From assembly GCA_019058365.1 (NCBI GenBank), contig JAHPZE010000003.1, positions 96,001-160,000 on the forward strand: 64,000 nt of DNA. Reading direction: 5' to 3'. How positions within the stretch are numbered: position 1 is the first letter of the stretch; every line of letters begins with the position of its first letter. Source of the stretch: Promethearchaeota archaeon. GTDB taxonomy: Archaea > Asgardarchaeota > Lokiarchaeia > Sigyniarchaeales > SOKP01. Positions 11,441 through 22,376 of the stretch are shown piece by piece. The notes beneath the pieces were generated by a model. The model was not told the DNA's origin. It did not search any database and was given only the letters and a program-made list of their open reading frames with translations. Position numbers and translations under genes: made by a program.

Positions 11441-11636
11441 AAGCTTCCATTATACCATTTTCTTTTTATTATCTAATTTACATAATAAATTAAAGTTATT
11501 GGTTATAATATTGATATTTTGACATTAGAGGTATAAATAGCCTTATAAAATAGAAAAAGATTAAATTATTAGTTTATAATGTTATATATATAATTATTTT
11601 ATATTGCATAGGAATCAAACCCATAGATACTTTCAT

Positions 11637-11744
11637 AGCGGGGTGGGCTAGCCTGGTTTATGCCGCAGGGCTCATAAGTTGCAGAAATTATTTCCATCTC
11701 ATTGGGAAACCCTGAGATCGTTCGTTCAAATCGAACCCCCGCTA
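11637..11744 (+). tRNA. tRNA-Met initiator (CAT), 32-nt intron at 37/38 (11677-11708)
   Basis: A1-U72 pair, GGG/CCC in anticodon stem, BHB central helix CTCA/TGGG. Confidence 0.93.
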
Positions 11745-11894
11745 CTATTTTCTATATATTTTTCTAGGGTGTTAGTAATTAACCTATACAAATATTTTAA
11801 GAAAAAGTGCCCTTAAATATTCTTAGCTTAATAATTACTTCTATATTAAAAAAAGATTTATTTTTAAAATATTAAAATAGGAGAAAGGTTTGAG

Positions 11895-12641
11895 ATGAAT
11901 GAAATAATAAAGTTCAAGAGAAATCCTGCAGTTCAATGCTGGATAAAACATCTTTTAGAGGGGCAATATGATGAAACCGAGAAATTCTTCTATACAATTT
12001 TTGGGCATGTTAAACGTATTCGTATAATTGCCACAATTATTGAAAAAAGAGAGAATTTAATAGAATTAAATGAAGCAGACATGGGAATAGAAGAGAAAAT
12101 GGATTCAAATACAAGATTTGATTTTGATTTAGATGATAGCACGGGAATGATCAGGGCAATTATTAGGAATGTAAATCCAGACAAGTTCACAACTTTTAAT
12201 AAAGGTGATATTGTGGAAGTGTCGGGCCGCGTAAGTAAATTTAAAGATTTTATATCTTTATGGATAGAAATTCTAAGAAAAGTGGAAGAACCTAATCTTA
12301 TTTTGCTAAGAAATGCTGAAATAATTAATAGAATAACGCATGGAGAAATTCAAGAGATACCAGAATTTTCTAATGTAAGCGATAATATTGAAGAGTTTTC
12401 AGATGAATTAGATGTTACGACCTTATTTGAAAGTGAAAATGATTCTGGTAAGCACGACGCGATAAAGGAAAAAATTTATTTAAAAGTTGAAGAGTATTCT
12501 ACAAGAGGAAATGGAATAAATTTTGAAAAATTACAGCAAGAAGTTGGAATTCCTGATAGTGATTTGAGAATCTATCTTAATGACTTAATTTTAGAATCAC
12601 GTATTTACGAATCTGACAATGATAATTTTGAAGCATTTTAA
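11895..12641 (+). CDS. RPA32-like OB-fold ssDNA-binding subunit with C-terminal winged helix
   Basis: LDDSTG OB-fold motif, acidic linker, C-terminal wH-like L..L...RIYE. Confidence 0.75.
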   Translation: MNEIIKFKRNPAVQCWIKHLLEGQYDETEKFFYTIFGHVKRIRIIATIIEKRENLIELNEADMGIEEKMDSNTRFDFDLDDSTGMIRAIIRNVNPDKFTTFNKGDIVEVSGRVSKFKDFISLWIEILRKVEEPNLILLRNAEIINRITHGEIQEIPEFSNVSDNIEEFSDELDVTTLFESENDSGKHDAIKEKIYLKVEEYSTRGNGINFEKLQQEVGIPDSDLRIYLNDLILESRIYESDNDNFEAF

Positions 12642-12742
12642 TTTAAACCTCTACATCTAATTTTTTCACTTATAATGGAAAATTATTTTTCTTATGGTTG
12701 ATTTCATAATATATATTAACTATTTAAATTAAGAATAGAATT

Positions 12743-13156
12743 ATGGATATAAATAACTACAACGAATTATTAGATAAGGCTTATGAAAAGATACCAGAAA
12801 ATGTGAAAAGATCCTCAAGATTTGAAATACCAAAAGTTGAACTTCGTATTGAAAGTAGGAATACATTTATTATCAATTTTAACAAAATAATTTATACTCT
12901 CAATAGAGATAAGAAACATTTTACTGGGATATTTTTAAAAAAAGCAGGGACGATGGGGGAGATTAGGGGACAACAATTATTTTTAAAAGGGCAATATAAG
13001 GAACAAGTACTAAATAAATTGATCGAAAATTATACGAAAACCTACGTTTTATGTAGCATTTGCAATAAACCAGATACTCAAATTCAAAGAGAAGGTAAAA
13101 AACTTTATCTAAAATGTACTGCTTGTGGAGCAAGAGAAGAAATTAAAGAAAAATAA
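12743..13156 (+). CDS. eif2b: Translation initiation factor aIF2 beta
   Basis: Y.ELLDKAY, RFEIP, YVLCSICNKPDT..CTACGA Zn ribbon. Confidence 0.95.
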   Translation: MDINNYNELLDKAYEKIPENVKRSSRFEIPKVELRIESRNTFIINFNKIIYTLNRDKKHFTGIFLKKAGTMGEIRGQQLFLKGQYKEQVLNKLIENYTKTYVLCSICNKPDTQIQREGKKLYLKCTACGAREEIKEK

Positions 13157-13181
13157 GGTAAAGATTGAAATTGCAAAATTA

Positions 13182-13478
13182 ATGATGGTATATCTAAAAG
13201 TTCATATTAGGGACGATTTTGAAACAATAGCATGTTGTGATGAAGAACTACTTAATCAAGTTTTTAAAGAAGGAAATTTAAGAATTGAAATTTCTAACCA
13301 ATTTTTTGGGGGTAGACTAATAAATCTCGAAGAAGCAATTTCTATTTTGAAAAGTGCATCATTTTTCAATATAGTAGGAGAAAAGATAATTAATAAAGCG
13401 ATTGATTGTAAGATTCTTCCTAAAGAAGGAGTTAGATTTATTAATGGAGTGCCTATGGCTTTAAAGATGATGTTTTAA
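13182..13478 (+). CDS. DUF424 family protein
   Basis: ACCDEELL, FFGG, NIVG motifs; usual neighbour of aIF2-beta. ATG at 13182 preferred to the upstream GTG. Confidence 0.85.
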   Translation: MMVYLKVHIRDDFETIACCDEELLNQVFKEGNLRIEISNQFFGGRLINLEEAISILKSASFFNIVGEKIINKAIDCKILPKEGVRFINGVPMALKMMF

Positions 13479-14392
13479 TGCCTAATCGATTTTGTGCGAT
13501 ATGTGGAAAAAAATTAGTGCAAGATGATCCACATTTTGGAATGTGTCTCAAGTGTTTTTTAAAAGAACATCCATTATTTAAATTACCAGATCGTTTATCA
13601 ATTAATATCTGTCTTGATTGTGGGAGTTATTCGAAAAAGGATATATGGATTGAACCCTTAGATAACGAGTTATTTTCAATTATCAAAGAAGCGGTTCAAA
13701 AATTCCTATTAAAATCGTTTTTAAAAAAAAATAATATTGATTTTTCATTCGCTGTAAATGAAAATAGTTTTATTTTTTCATCGAAAGATTTATTAGTTTC
13801 ACTTGAAGTTGAAATTATCGGTGTTTTAAAAGAGGATTCAAATATAAAACACAAGCAAATAATATCAATAAATCTAAATCATATACTATGTAAAAATTGT
13901 TCTAATTTAAGAGGGGGAACTTACTTTATAGCAATTATTCAATTAAGAGTCAAAGATGAAGAACAATTTGGTTTAATAAAGGAAGTTTTAGACGAAGTAA
14001 ACGACTATGTAGAGAACCTTTTTGAAAAAAACCATAAACAATATATCTCAAAAATAGAAAATCAAAAATTTGGGGTAGATTTATATCTTAGTACAAATGA
14101 ATTAATGAATTACCTTATCAAGTTCTTAAAGTCAAAATATTTCTTTCTATTAAAAAGAACAAAAAAGTTAGTGGGAAGGGATACACAAAAAGGGAGAAAC
14201 CTTTATAGATTAAAAGCGTTAATAAAATTTTTACCGGTGAAGATCAAGGACATAGTTTTTATTGGAGATCAAAATTTTTCTGTAGAAAACATTACCAAAA
14301 ACAAAGTTATTCTCAGAGGTGAAAATGCCACTAAGTTGATAAAAGACTATACTTATTTCTTTAATGAAAAAATAATTAAAAAAAACCTATAG
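13478..14392 (+). CDS. nmd3: NMD3 family 60S/50S biogenesis protein
   Basis: Four CxxC pairs, C..C....GG.Y.A.IQLR, KKLVG.D...G...YR. Confidence 0.9.
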   Translation: MPNRFCAICGKKLVQDDPHFGMCLKCFLKEHPLFKLPDRLSINICLDCGSYSKKDIWIEPLDNELFSIIKEAVQKFLLKSFLKKNNIDFSFAVNENSFIFSSKDLLVSLEVEIIGVLKEDSNIKHKQIISINLNHILCKNCSNLRGGTYFIAIIQLRVKDEEQFGLIKEVLDEVNDYVENLFEKNHKQYISKIENQKFGVDLYLSTNELMNYLIKFLKSKYFFLLKRTKKLVGRDTQKGRNLYRLKALIKFLPVKIKDIVFIGDQNFSVENITKNKVILRGENATKLIKDYTYFFNEKIIKKNL

Positions 14393-15252
14393 TGGAAAAG
14401 CTTTTGGAAGAAAATAACAAGATTGCTGACGAAGAGTCTGAAGAATTGATAGAAAGTGAGAAAGATAAAAAGTTTGATTTGATAATAGATGAGTTACAAA
14501 AAAGAAAAATCGATATTAAACGAATAAAGAAGATAGATCAATCAAAAAAAAGAGCAACAATAGATTCGGTTTTTGATGAAAGAACTATTTTTACTTTGAA
14601 TAAATTATTAGTAAATGGCCCATTAGAAAGAATAGAAGGCACAATTTCAGCGGGAAAAGAAGCAAATGTGTATCTAGCATATGATTTAACTGGAAAAGAG
14701 GTCGCTATCAAAATCTATAAGATTGATAGTAATACTTCAAAATGGATGAGAAATTATATCATTGGTGATCCTAGATTCAAGAAGATCCCTCGTAATATTT
14801 CAAAGATTATATATTTATGGGCGAGTAAAGAATATAAAAATCTTAAACGAGCATATAAAGTAGGTTTAAGTGTTCCAAATCCTATATTTATTAAAAATAA
14901 TATCTTGATCATGGAATACATAGGATTTGAATCTATTCCTGCTCCAATTTTAAAAGATATTAAAACCCCTAAAAATATTTTTAACCTAATGAATGAGGTA
15001 TTAACATTTATAAAAGAATTATATCAAAAGGCTAATTTAGTTCATGGAGATCTTAGTGAATTTAATATCTTATATCATAATCAAAAACCCGTTGTAATTG
15101 ATATGTCTCAAGCTGTATCTATTTATCATCCAAAAGCAGAAGTATATTTAGCAAGAGATATAAGTAATATTTTTAAATATTTTGAGAAATTAGGAACAAA
15201 CACACCTAATCCTAAAGATTTTTATTATGAGGTTATAGATATAAATATATGA
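14392..15252 (+). CDS. rio1: RIO1 atypical Ser/Thr kinase
   Basis: ISAGKEANVY, YIIGDPRF, WASKEY.NL, LVHGDLSEFN, IDMSQAV. Confidence 0.95.
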   Translation: MEKLLEENNKIADEESEELIESEKDKKFDLIIDELQKRKIDIKRIKKIDQSKKRATIDSVFDERTIFTLNKLLVNGPLERIEGTISAGKEANVYLAYDLTGKEVAIKIYKIDSNTSKWMRNYIIGDPRFKKIPRNISKIIYLWASKEYKNLKRAYKVGLSVPNPIFIKNNILIMEYIGFESIPAPILKDIKTPKNIFNLMNEVLTFIKELYQKANLVHGDLSEFNILYHNQKPVVIDMSQAVSIYHPKAEVYLARDISNIFKYFEKLGTNTPNPKDFYYEVIDINI

Positions 15253-15295
15253 GAAATTGATAGAAACGAAAAATTATTAATAATGAAATTATGCC

Positions 15296-15853
15296 ATGAA
15301 AATTGGAAAAAATCGTATTGCTGTCCTGATTGGTAAAGATGGTAAAACAAAAATAGAGATTGAAGAGAAGTTAGGAGTTAAAATTAATTTAGATAGTAAA
15401 TTGGGAAATTGTGAGATTTTACCTCAACCAAAAAATCCAAATTATATGCCTTTAAATGTGTTTACAGCCCAGAAAGTTGTTAATGCAATCAATAGAGGTT
15501 TTAATCCAACCAAAGCTATGAAATTATTAGAAGAGAATTTTGACCTTGAGATCTTTAATTTATTGAAAATCATCGGAAAATCTGACAAAAGAATTACACG
15601 TGTAAAGGGAAGAGTAATCGGGAGAAATGGGGAAATGCGAAGGGGACTTGAAAAATTTGCTGAAAGCTTTATCTCTGTTTATGGAAAAACAATTTCTATT
15701 ATTGCAGATTATGATAATTTACAAATTGCTAGAAAAGCAGTAAGTATGTTAATTAATGGAATGCCTCATCATGTTGTTTTAAAATTTTTAGAAGATAAAT
15801 ACAATTTAAAGAAAAAAGAACAATTTAAACAGATGTATAAGCCTGAATTTTAA
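15296..15853 (+). CDS. KH-domain rRNA processing protein Dim2/Pno1
   Basis: LIGKDG and GRVIGRNG KH motifs, AINRGF, G.PH..V; follows rio1. Confidence 0.9.
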   Translation: MKIGKNRIAVLIGKDGKTKIEIEEKLGVKINLDSKLGNCEILPQPKNPNYMPLNVFTAQKVVNAINRGFNPTKAMKLLEENFDLEIFNLLKIIGKSDKRITRVKGRVIGRNGEMRRGLEKFAESFISVYGKTISIIADYDNLQIARKAVSMLINGMPHHVVLKFLEDKYNLKKKEQFKQMYKPEF

Positions 15854-15856
15854 TGA

Positions 15857-16264
15857 TTACTTTAAAAGTGAATTATGATAAATTTTTGAGGCATTTTTCA
15901 CTAAATCCTTTCCATATATAACAGCATTTAATTCCTCTAACAAGGTATTTATATTTGAAATATTGTTAATGAAATATAATTCCTTAAATTCTTCCTTGTT
16001 AAAATTTTTGAGATGAACTTCGAAACTTTTAATTGAATACGTATTTGTACAATAAGATTTAAATATTGTAATGTAACGAGGAAAAATATTTCTCTCTCTT
16101 AAAAAGATCGCCCAACCATCAAAATAAAATTCGATACTAATATCAAAATAATTTTTCCATTTCTCAATTTTAGCTATAATTTCATTTATTTCTGTTTGAA
16201 TATCTGGTGAAAATTTATCATTCATATAGCAATGTCTAAAAAGGATTATAAAAAGGGGGATCAA
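15857..16264 (-). CDS. Hypothetical protein
   Basis: ORF fills the gap between convergent genes; likely start at MNDKF. Confidence 0.6.
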   Translation of the reverse strand: MIPLFIILFRHCYMNDKFSPDIQTEINEIIAKIEKWKNYFDISIEFYFDGWAIFLRERNIFPRYITIFKSYCTNTYSIKSFEVHLKNFNKEEFKELYFINNISNINTLLEELNAVIYGKDLVKNASKIYHNSLLK

Positions 16265-16272
16265 AAAATTTC

Positions 16273-17391
16273 TTAATCAAAAGCAATTTCGCCTATGTTA
16301 AAAATATCGTCAGATAATCCTAGTTTTGAAGTCTTTTTAATGTTGGAATTATATGTAGCATTATTAACAGAATAACCGCTACCAAAAATCTGAGGAGACT
16401 TAATACCTGTTATTAAGAGCATAACTCTTAAAAGTCCATCATATTCATCTGAAACTCGAGCACCCCAAATTACCATTGAATCATTTACATCCATTTTTTC
16501 TGATATCTTCTTAGCTACTGAATTAGCCTCTGCTAATGTCATATCATTTCCTCCACAGATATGAATTAGAGCACCTTTAGCACCATCAATACTAACGTCT
16601 AATAAAGGAGTATTAAGTGCATCGTTAATAGCATCTTCAACTCGATGATCCTTCCCACTAGATTCACCAACACCTACAATAGCAACTCCTCCAGTGCTTA
16701 AAATAGTTCTTACATCAGCAAAATCCAAATTAATTAAAGATGGCAAAGAGATTGTTTCTGTTATACCTTTAACCATAGTAGCTAAAACTTCATCTGCCAC
16801 GCTGAAAGCTTCTATAATAGGTAGATTAGGAGCTATTTCTAGTAATCGATTGTTATCGATTACTACTAATGTGTCGACATAACGTTTCAATAGATTTAAA
16901 CCCATTTTTGCTTTATCAATCCGGCCTATTTCAGTATTAAAAGGTAATGTTACTACTCCAACTACAATTGCACCCTCCAATTTTGCGATTTCTGCAATAA
17001 TAGGAGCACTTCCAGTCCCTGTTCCTCCACCTTCTCCACATGTAATAAAAACTAAATTTGATTCTCTTAAAATTTTAGTTAGATCTTCACGAGATTCTTC
17101 AGCTGCGGCTCTACCTATCTCAGGGTTTCCTCCAGCACCAAGTCCTTTCGTTAAATTCTTCCCAATCAATATTTTTATATGAGATTCAATACTATCTAAA
17201 TGTTGGCAATCTGTATTTACACCTACACATTTAGCACCCCTTATACCTATTTTCATTAATCTATTAATTGTATTATTACCAGCTCCACCACATCCAATGA
17301 TTTTTATATTAGCATACCCAAAGTTCTCAATCTGAGGTCGAATTATTTCTCTTTCACGCGCGTTTTTTATGAATGATTCCATATTTATCAA
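16273..17391 (-). CDS. ftsZ: Cell division protein FtsZ
   Basis: GGAGNN, GLGAGG, GGGTGTG signature, INLDFADV. Confidence 0.97.
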   Translation of the reverse strand: MINMESFIKNAREREIIRPQIENFGYANIKIIGCGGAGNNTINRLMKIGIRGAKCVGVNTDCQHLDSIESHIKILIGKNLTKGLGAGGNPEIGRAAAEESREDLTKILRESNLVFITCGEGGGTGTGSAPIIAEIAKLEGAIVVGVVTLPFNTEIGRIDKAKMGLNLLKRYVDTLVVIDNNRLLEIAPNLPIIEAFSVADEVLATMVKGITETISLPSLINLDFADVRTILSTGGVAIVGVGESSGKDHRVEDAINDALNTPLLDVSIDGAKGALIHICGGNDMTLAEANSVAKKISEKMDVNDSMVIWGARVSDEYDGLLRVMLLITGIKSPQIFGSGYSVNNATYNSNIKKTSKLGLSDDIFNIGEIAFD

Positions 17392-17489
17392 ATTTTAATT
17401 TAATTTGTACAAAGAATTAATATGAAAAAATTAGAATTAATGTGATATCAGAATATTACATAATCAAACTGTTTAGAATTAAACATGAT

Positions 17490-18710
17490 TCAATTTAATG
17501 AAATATCTTTATCAAATTCAGAATCAAAAATTTGTCTAATATTAGTATCATTAATAAGAAGGATTTTTGGCAATGAATATGGAAATCTATTTGAAAATGT
17601 AAGACAATAAGCGCCTGTATTAGTAACAAGAACTTTTTCCCCTTGTAACAAATTTTCTGTAAAAAAGTAGTCTTTTGCTAATATGTCTTGATCCGTAGGA
17701 ATAATACCTGCAATTGATGTTTTATATTTATGTGGTTCATTAATCTGAGAGGCATTATAAAACCTTAAAGAACACCGTGCAAATTTTGGGCAAATGTGAT
17801 TACCTAAATTTAAAATTACCCATCTATCTTCACAAACTTTTACAATTTTTGAAATAAATAAACCAGCGTCTCCTATAAAATACCTTCCTGGTTCGAAATA
17901 AATATTTCTGTAATTCACTTCAAATTCCCTTAAAGCCCTTTTAATCTCCTTAGCGATATGTTTCAATTGATCTTGGGGCATAACAGTAGCTTCTGGAAAC
18001 CCACCTCCAAGATTTATATCTTTAATAACTATACCATGATCTGATAAAAATGTTAAGTTAGATGCTACAGCCCTAATATTTTTTCTAAATTGCCTAAAAT
18101 CATTCATTTGAGTACTAAAATGAGACAGAATGGATGTTATTTTTATATTTTGATAATCTTTAATTATGTTTTTGAATAGAGCTAATTTTCTTTCATTAAA
18201 TTTTATACCTAATTTACTAGCATATTTCTGTGAATTAACTCGAATACAAATAGATTGAATAATATCAAATTTCTTAGCGATAGAATTAATTTTTTTCAAA
18301 ACATCCAAATCATAAATTATTATTTCTTTTACATGGTTTTTGATACTTAATTCTATCAGTTCTTTTGATAAATAAGGCCCTCCAATAATGATCTTATTAG
18401 AAGAAAATCCAAGCTTAAGGGCTAACTTCAATTCCGGTAATCCTACAATTTCTGCCCCAATTCCCTCTGAAAGGACAATTTTGCAAATTTCTGAGAGAAA
18501 ATTAGCTTTGAATGAATAAAAACATTGGAAATTTTCAAATTCAGAGCTAAAAACATTAATAAAACTTTTTATATTTTCTCTAATTCTATTTTCCAAGAAT
18601 ATTAGCAATGGTGTTTTAAATCGCTTAACAATTTCATTAAAAGCCACTGAATCAATAAAAATACCATCATTACCATTAGTTAAAAATGGATTTCCGGAAA
18701 TATTTTTCAT
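17490..18710 (-). CDS. Fold-type III PLP decarboxylase (LysA/ODC-like)
   Basis: YSFKAN (PLP lysine), NLGGGF, EPGRY, GAY motifs; substrate uncertain. Confidence 0.85.
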   Translation of the reverse strand: MKNISGNPFLTNGNDGIFIDSVAFNEIVKRFKTPLLIFLENRIRENIKSFINVFSSEFENFQCFYSFKANFLSEICKIVLSEGIGAEIVGLPELKLALKLGFSSNKIIIGGPYLSKELIELSIKNHVKEIIIYDLDVLKKINSIAKKFDIIQSICIRVNSQKYASKLGIKFNERKLALFKNIIKDYQNIKITSILSHFSTQMNDFRQFRKNIRAVASNLTFLSDHGIVIKDINLGGGFPEATVMPQDQLKHIAKEIKRALREFEVNYRNIYFEPGRYFIGDAGLFISKIVKVCEDRWVILNLGNHICPKFARCSLRFYNASQINEPHKYKTSIAGIIPTDQDILAKDYFFTENLLQGEKVLVTNTGAYCLTFSNRFPYSLPKILLINDTNIRQIFDSEFDKDISLN

Positions 18711-18717
18711 AATCTAA

Positions 18718-20019
18718 TCACTTATAGTTATTTATTAAATTTTTATATGTAGAATGTGTTTCATTACTAATTAGATCCCATGTATATTTTTGGGATACTT
18801 TTAATTGTCCTGCTAAGCCAAATTTTTTTCTTAGTCTCTTATTTTTTAATAAGTTGATAACTTTTTGGGCGATATCTTCAGGGTTATCAAATTCAACTAA
18901 TAATCCATCGACATTTTCTCTAATTACTTCTGGAGTTGCTCCGATCCTAGCTCCAATGACAGGTTTTCCAGCAGACCAAGCCTCAAGAAAAGATATCCCA
19001 AATGCGTCGCTCCGACTAGGCATTAAGTAAATATCAGCTTCTTTAAATGCTGTCATTTTTTTTTTATCGAAATAACCAGTTAAATTATCGGGAGTGAAAT
19101 TAAGAATTCTAGCATTTTCAAGTTTATGTATTTTCGATAATTCTTGATTAAAAGCGAGCGTTGATGGCCCAATAAAAACAAAATAGACTTTTTTTATCTT
19201 ATTAATAATATAAGGTATTGATTTCAGAATAGATAATGCTCCTTTTTCATAATTTTTATAACCACAAAATAGAATTAGTTTGTATTTTTGTTCTCTTTTA
19301 ATAAAAAAATTATGCTTAAAATAATTAAATTCTAAGGGAGATTTATTAACACTTTTAAACTTTTCATAATCCACACCCATTGGAATAACTTGTATTTTTT
19401 CTGGTTGAATTTTACATTTTTCGATTAAGAATTTTTTCTCTAGATTTGTGCACGCAATTAATAAATCAAATTTTTTTAAAACCTCAATTATTCTTAAATC
19501 CATATATCGAGGATTGGAAAAATGAAAAAATGGAGTGCATATAACTGGTTTATTAATAGAAATTCCAATTATTAAACTTATGATACAGTTAAAGTATGGG
19601 AAAAAAGTAGTGTGAATTAAATCATAGTTTAAATCTGGTTTTTTTAATAAATTTTCTAATAAATCTCCTAAATAAGGTCCATTTGCAATAAAGGCTTTTA
19701 ATACTTCATCTTTTAATATAAGAGTATTTAGCGCGGGAATAGTTTTCAATTTATTTAAAATTTCATTTTGAGAGAGATTATAATTCACCTGAAATCGATT
19801 TATCTTCAAATTGTTAACTTTATCATAATATTTATTATCTTTAAAGAGCCTTTTTCCATTAGAATCTCTTAAAGCTTTAAAATCTATAGCGTTTGAAGTA
19901 TAAATATCTATGCTATATTTATATTTTGTTGTTAAGATCTCTGCCATTCGCTGAAAATAGAATTCAGCACCTGATATTGAAGGAAAATATCTTGTTGGAA
20001 GATATAAAATTTTATTCAA
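18718..20019 (-). CDS. Glycosyltransferase family 4
   Basis: SGAE N-terminal motif, PSRSDAFGISFLEAW..GKPVI. Confidence 0.9.
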   Translation of the reverse strand: MNKILYLPTRYFPSISGAEFYFQRMAEILTTKYKYSIDIYTSNAIDFKALRDSNGKRLFKDNKYYDKVNNLKINRFQVNYNLSQNEILNKLKTIPALNTLILKDEVLKAFIANGPYLGDLLENLLKKPDLNYDLIHTTFFPYFNCIISLIIGISINKPVICTPFFHFSNPRYMDLRIIEVLKKFDLLIACTNLEKKFLIEKCKIQPEKIQVIPMGVDYEKFKSVNKSPLEFNYFKHNFFIKREQKYKLILFCGYKNYEKGALSILKSIPYIINKIKKVYFVFIGPSTLAFNQELSKIHKLENARILNFTPDNLTGYFDKKKMTAFKEADIYLMPSRSDAFGISFLEAWSAGKPVIGARIGATPEVIRENVDGLLVEFDNPEDIAQKVINLLKNKRLRKKFGLAGQLKVSQKYTWDLISNETHSTYKNLINNYK

Positions 20020-20070
20020 TGAAAGAATGATCCTTTTTATTTATTAAATATAATAGGTATATATATACAA

Positions 20071-20463
20071 ATGTCAAAAGATTTATTATTTCAGGTTTTT
20101 AGAGAAGCCAAGAAAAAACAGATAATTGATGAAAAATTCATTTCTTTCTTAGATAACATTTTTCCTGATAAATCCACTAATGTTATTGATGTATTAAAAA
20201 GTGGGATTATACAATACACATATAAACCTTCCAATAGAATCGTTTGGACCGCTCAAGGTGAAAATCAAGAGCATTTAATTTACCCAAAATTGTTTTGTTC
20301 ATGTCAAGATTTCTACAAGAATGTCGTTATTAAAAAAAAGCGTTCATTTTGTAAGCACATATTAGCTCAAATAATTAGTGAAGCTTTAGATAAATTTAAA
20401 ACTGTTACTTTAGAGGATAACAAATTTAAAGAATTGGTTAGAGAATTAAAGCTTAAAATTTAA
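20071..20463 (+). CDS. SWIM zinc finger protein (Sws1-like)
   Basis: CSCQDF...CKH SWIM motif. Confidence 0.8.
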   Translation: MSKDLLFQVFREAKKKQIIDEKFISFLDNIFPDKSTNVIDVLKSGIIQYTYKPSNRIVWTAQGENQEHLIYPKLFCSCQDFYKNVVIKKKRSFCKHILAQIISEALDKFKTVTLEDNKFKELVRELKLKI

Positions 20464-20476
20464 CAATTTCTTCAAC

Positions 20477-21073
20477 TTATTTAACAGAAATTTCTTCTCT
20501 CTCCCAACTTTGTAAGTATCTATTAAATTCTTCCAAACTTATCTGACGTGGTATTTCAATTTGCTTTTTTGCTTCTAATTTCCTTATTTTAAAAATTAAT
20601 TTCTTATTTTTTCGGTAAAATTTCTCTGCTTTTGGATATTCTTCTTTAAAAATTTCTTTCAATTTTTCAATATCTAAATTCTCTAATTCACAATATTTTT
20701 CAATAACAAAATTACATAGAGGATCTATCGATATCTCAAAATTAAAAGCATCTACGCGTTTCAATGCTAAAGGGTATGCTTGACAAGCTAAAGGTTTAGT
20801 ATCATGTACCGTACACCCATGTGATTTTAAATAATACGGGCATCCTTTATTTTCATTATCTAACTTTATTCGGTAAGTCAAAACCAATACCTTTTTATTT
20901 TTTATATCTGGAAACACTAAATCTTCGATAATTTTAAAATCAATATTGCGTTCCTTCGCAATCTCGATTAATCTATCTGCTTCATCTGGATATATTGGAA
21001 TTCTTTTTACATAATCACCAGGAACCTCATGACAACATGTACCGCACATTCTACATTCATATTTAATTGACAT
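20477..21073 (-). CDS. YkgJ-family cysteine cluster protein
   Basis: CxxCGxCC...CP....C..H..KP..C..YP. Confidence 0.85.
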   Translation of the reverse strand: MSIKYECRMCGTCCHEVPGDYVKRIPIYPDEADRLIEIAKERNIDFKIIEDLVFPDIKNKKVLVLTYRIKLDNENKGCPYYLKSHGCTVHDTKPLACQAYPLALKRVDAFNFEISIDPLCNFVIEKYCELENLDIEKLKEIFKEEYPKAEKFYRKNKKLIFKIRKLEAKKQIEIPRQISLEEFNRYLQSWEREEISVK

Positions 21074-21249
21074 CTTCTAAATTGATATTTTTTAACTATA
21101 ATTATAAGAGTTATATCTAAAATTAATTTTCAGTAATATGATTATATTACTTTTACAATAAATCTTGTGTCTACTAGGATAATACATCGTTTTTAAATTG
21201 ATAAAATCACCCTATTATTAGGGATGTATTTAATAAAAGGGAAAAAGTT

Positions 21250-22059
21250 ATGGAAGGAATAAGAATTATAAAACATAATAATATAACTGAAGAAGATTTT
21301 ATAAGACCTCTTTGTATTTTAGGAATGCCAGGAATTGCAGATGTTGGCAAATTTGCTTTAGATTCTCTTATCGGTCAGCTTGACGCTCAAAATTTAATTG
21401 ATATTATTTTTGATGATTATCCTGCTGGGGCAATTGTTGATGATAGTTTATTATCTGCTCCTAAAGCTGAAATTCTATATTGGAAAGACCCAAATGAATT
21501 AAGAGATCTTATCTTAATAACTGCTGACGCCCAAAGTCTCACTCCAAAAGGCATATATAAAATATCGAATTTTCTAAGTGAACTTATTCATCAGTACGGA
21601 ATAAAATTAATAGTGGCCTTAGGAGCATACCCAGTTAATACCAGAAAAATCACTTCTAACCTCCCAAGAATTTATCTTAGTTCAACAAATCAAGAGTTAT
21701 TAGACCATTATTTATTAGAAAATAATTGCCAAAAGATTCAAAAAGGAGTAATTATTGGTGCGAATGGTTTGATTCCGACATTAGCAAAAGCACGATTTAA
21801 TATTGATGGACTGGTTTTTCTTGCAGAAACTGATAATATTGCCATGATAAATGAAGATATTACAGATTTGAAAGCATCAATAACTCTTTTAGAAATGCTT
21901 AAAAAATCCTTCACATTACCGATTAAAAAGAAATACTCCTTGGAAAATATAGAAGAAATAACAAAGAATCTTCAAATTAAAAGAGATCAGTTAGAAAAAG
22001 ATCTCGATTCAATCCAACTTGTTGATACTGAAGATAAACGAAAATCATTATACATCTAA
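21250..22059 (+). CDS. PAC2-family proteasome assembly chaperone
   Basis: GMPGIADVGK, LGAY, I.GANGL; C-terminal HbYX (LYI). Confidence 0.85.
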   Translation: MEGIRIIKHNNITEEDFIRPLCILGMPGIADVGKFALDSLIGQLDAQNLIDIIFDDYPAGAIVDDSLLSAPKAEILYWKDPNELRDLILITADAQSLTPKGIYKISNFLSELIHQYGIKLIVALGAYPVNTRKITSNLPRIYLSSTNQELLDHYLLENNCQKIQKGVIIGANGLIPTLAKARFNIDGLVFLAETDNIAMINEDITDLKASITLLEMLKKSFTLPIKKKYSLENIEEITKNLQIKRDQLEKDLDSIQLVDTEDKRKSLYI

Positions 22060-22157
22060 GGGCACTTTTTTTTGATAATCTCTTCTTGCTTGTAAATTAT
22101 TTTTTCTTAAAGGAATTAAGCAAAAAGTATTTTAATCATTGAGAATTTAATATAAGT

Positions 22158-22307
22158 ATGAAATATGTGTGTGCTCGGAAAAGTTGTGGGAAGGAAGTTA
22201 GCAAAAAAGAATTAAGTGCTCTTCCAGGTATTAAATGTTCTCACTGTGGATTTCGTATCTTATATAAGAAGCGCCCAGATGTTATAAAGCGAATTAAAGT
22301 TCGTTAG
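22158..22307 (+). CDS. rpoP: RNA polymerase subunit Rpo12 (RpoP), 49 aa; not in ORF track
   Basis: Translated by hand: MKYVCARKSCGKEVSKKELSALPGIKCSHCGFRILYKKRPDVIKRIKVR; C..CG.RILYK.R signature. Confidence 0.93.
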   Translation: MKYVCARKSCGKEVSKKELSALPGIKCSHCGFRILYKKRPDVIKRIKVR

Positions 22308-22376
22308 GTCTTATTCTTTTTATTAAATGTATATTATATCTCAATATTTCTTAAAATTGAAAAGAAGAGAATTTTG

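Noticed and set aside
13478-15252. Missing aIF1A between nmd3 and rio1
   Set aside because: The genes abut with no room for it; ordinary gene-order variation
17490-20019. Decarboxylase plus glycosyltransferase as a biosynthetic cluster
   Set aside because: Only two genes, upstream of ftsZ, with no further supporting pathway genes
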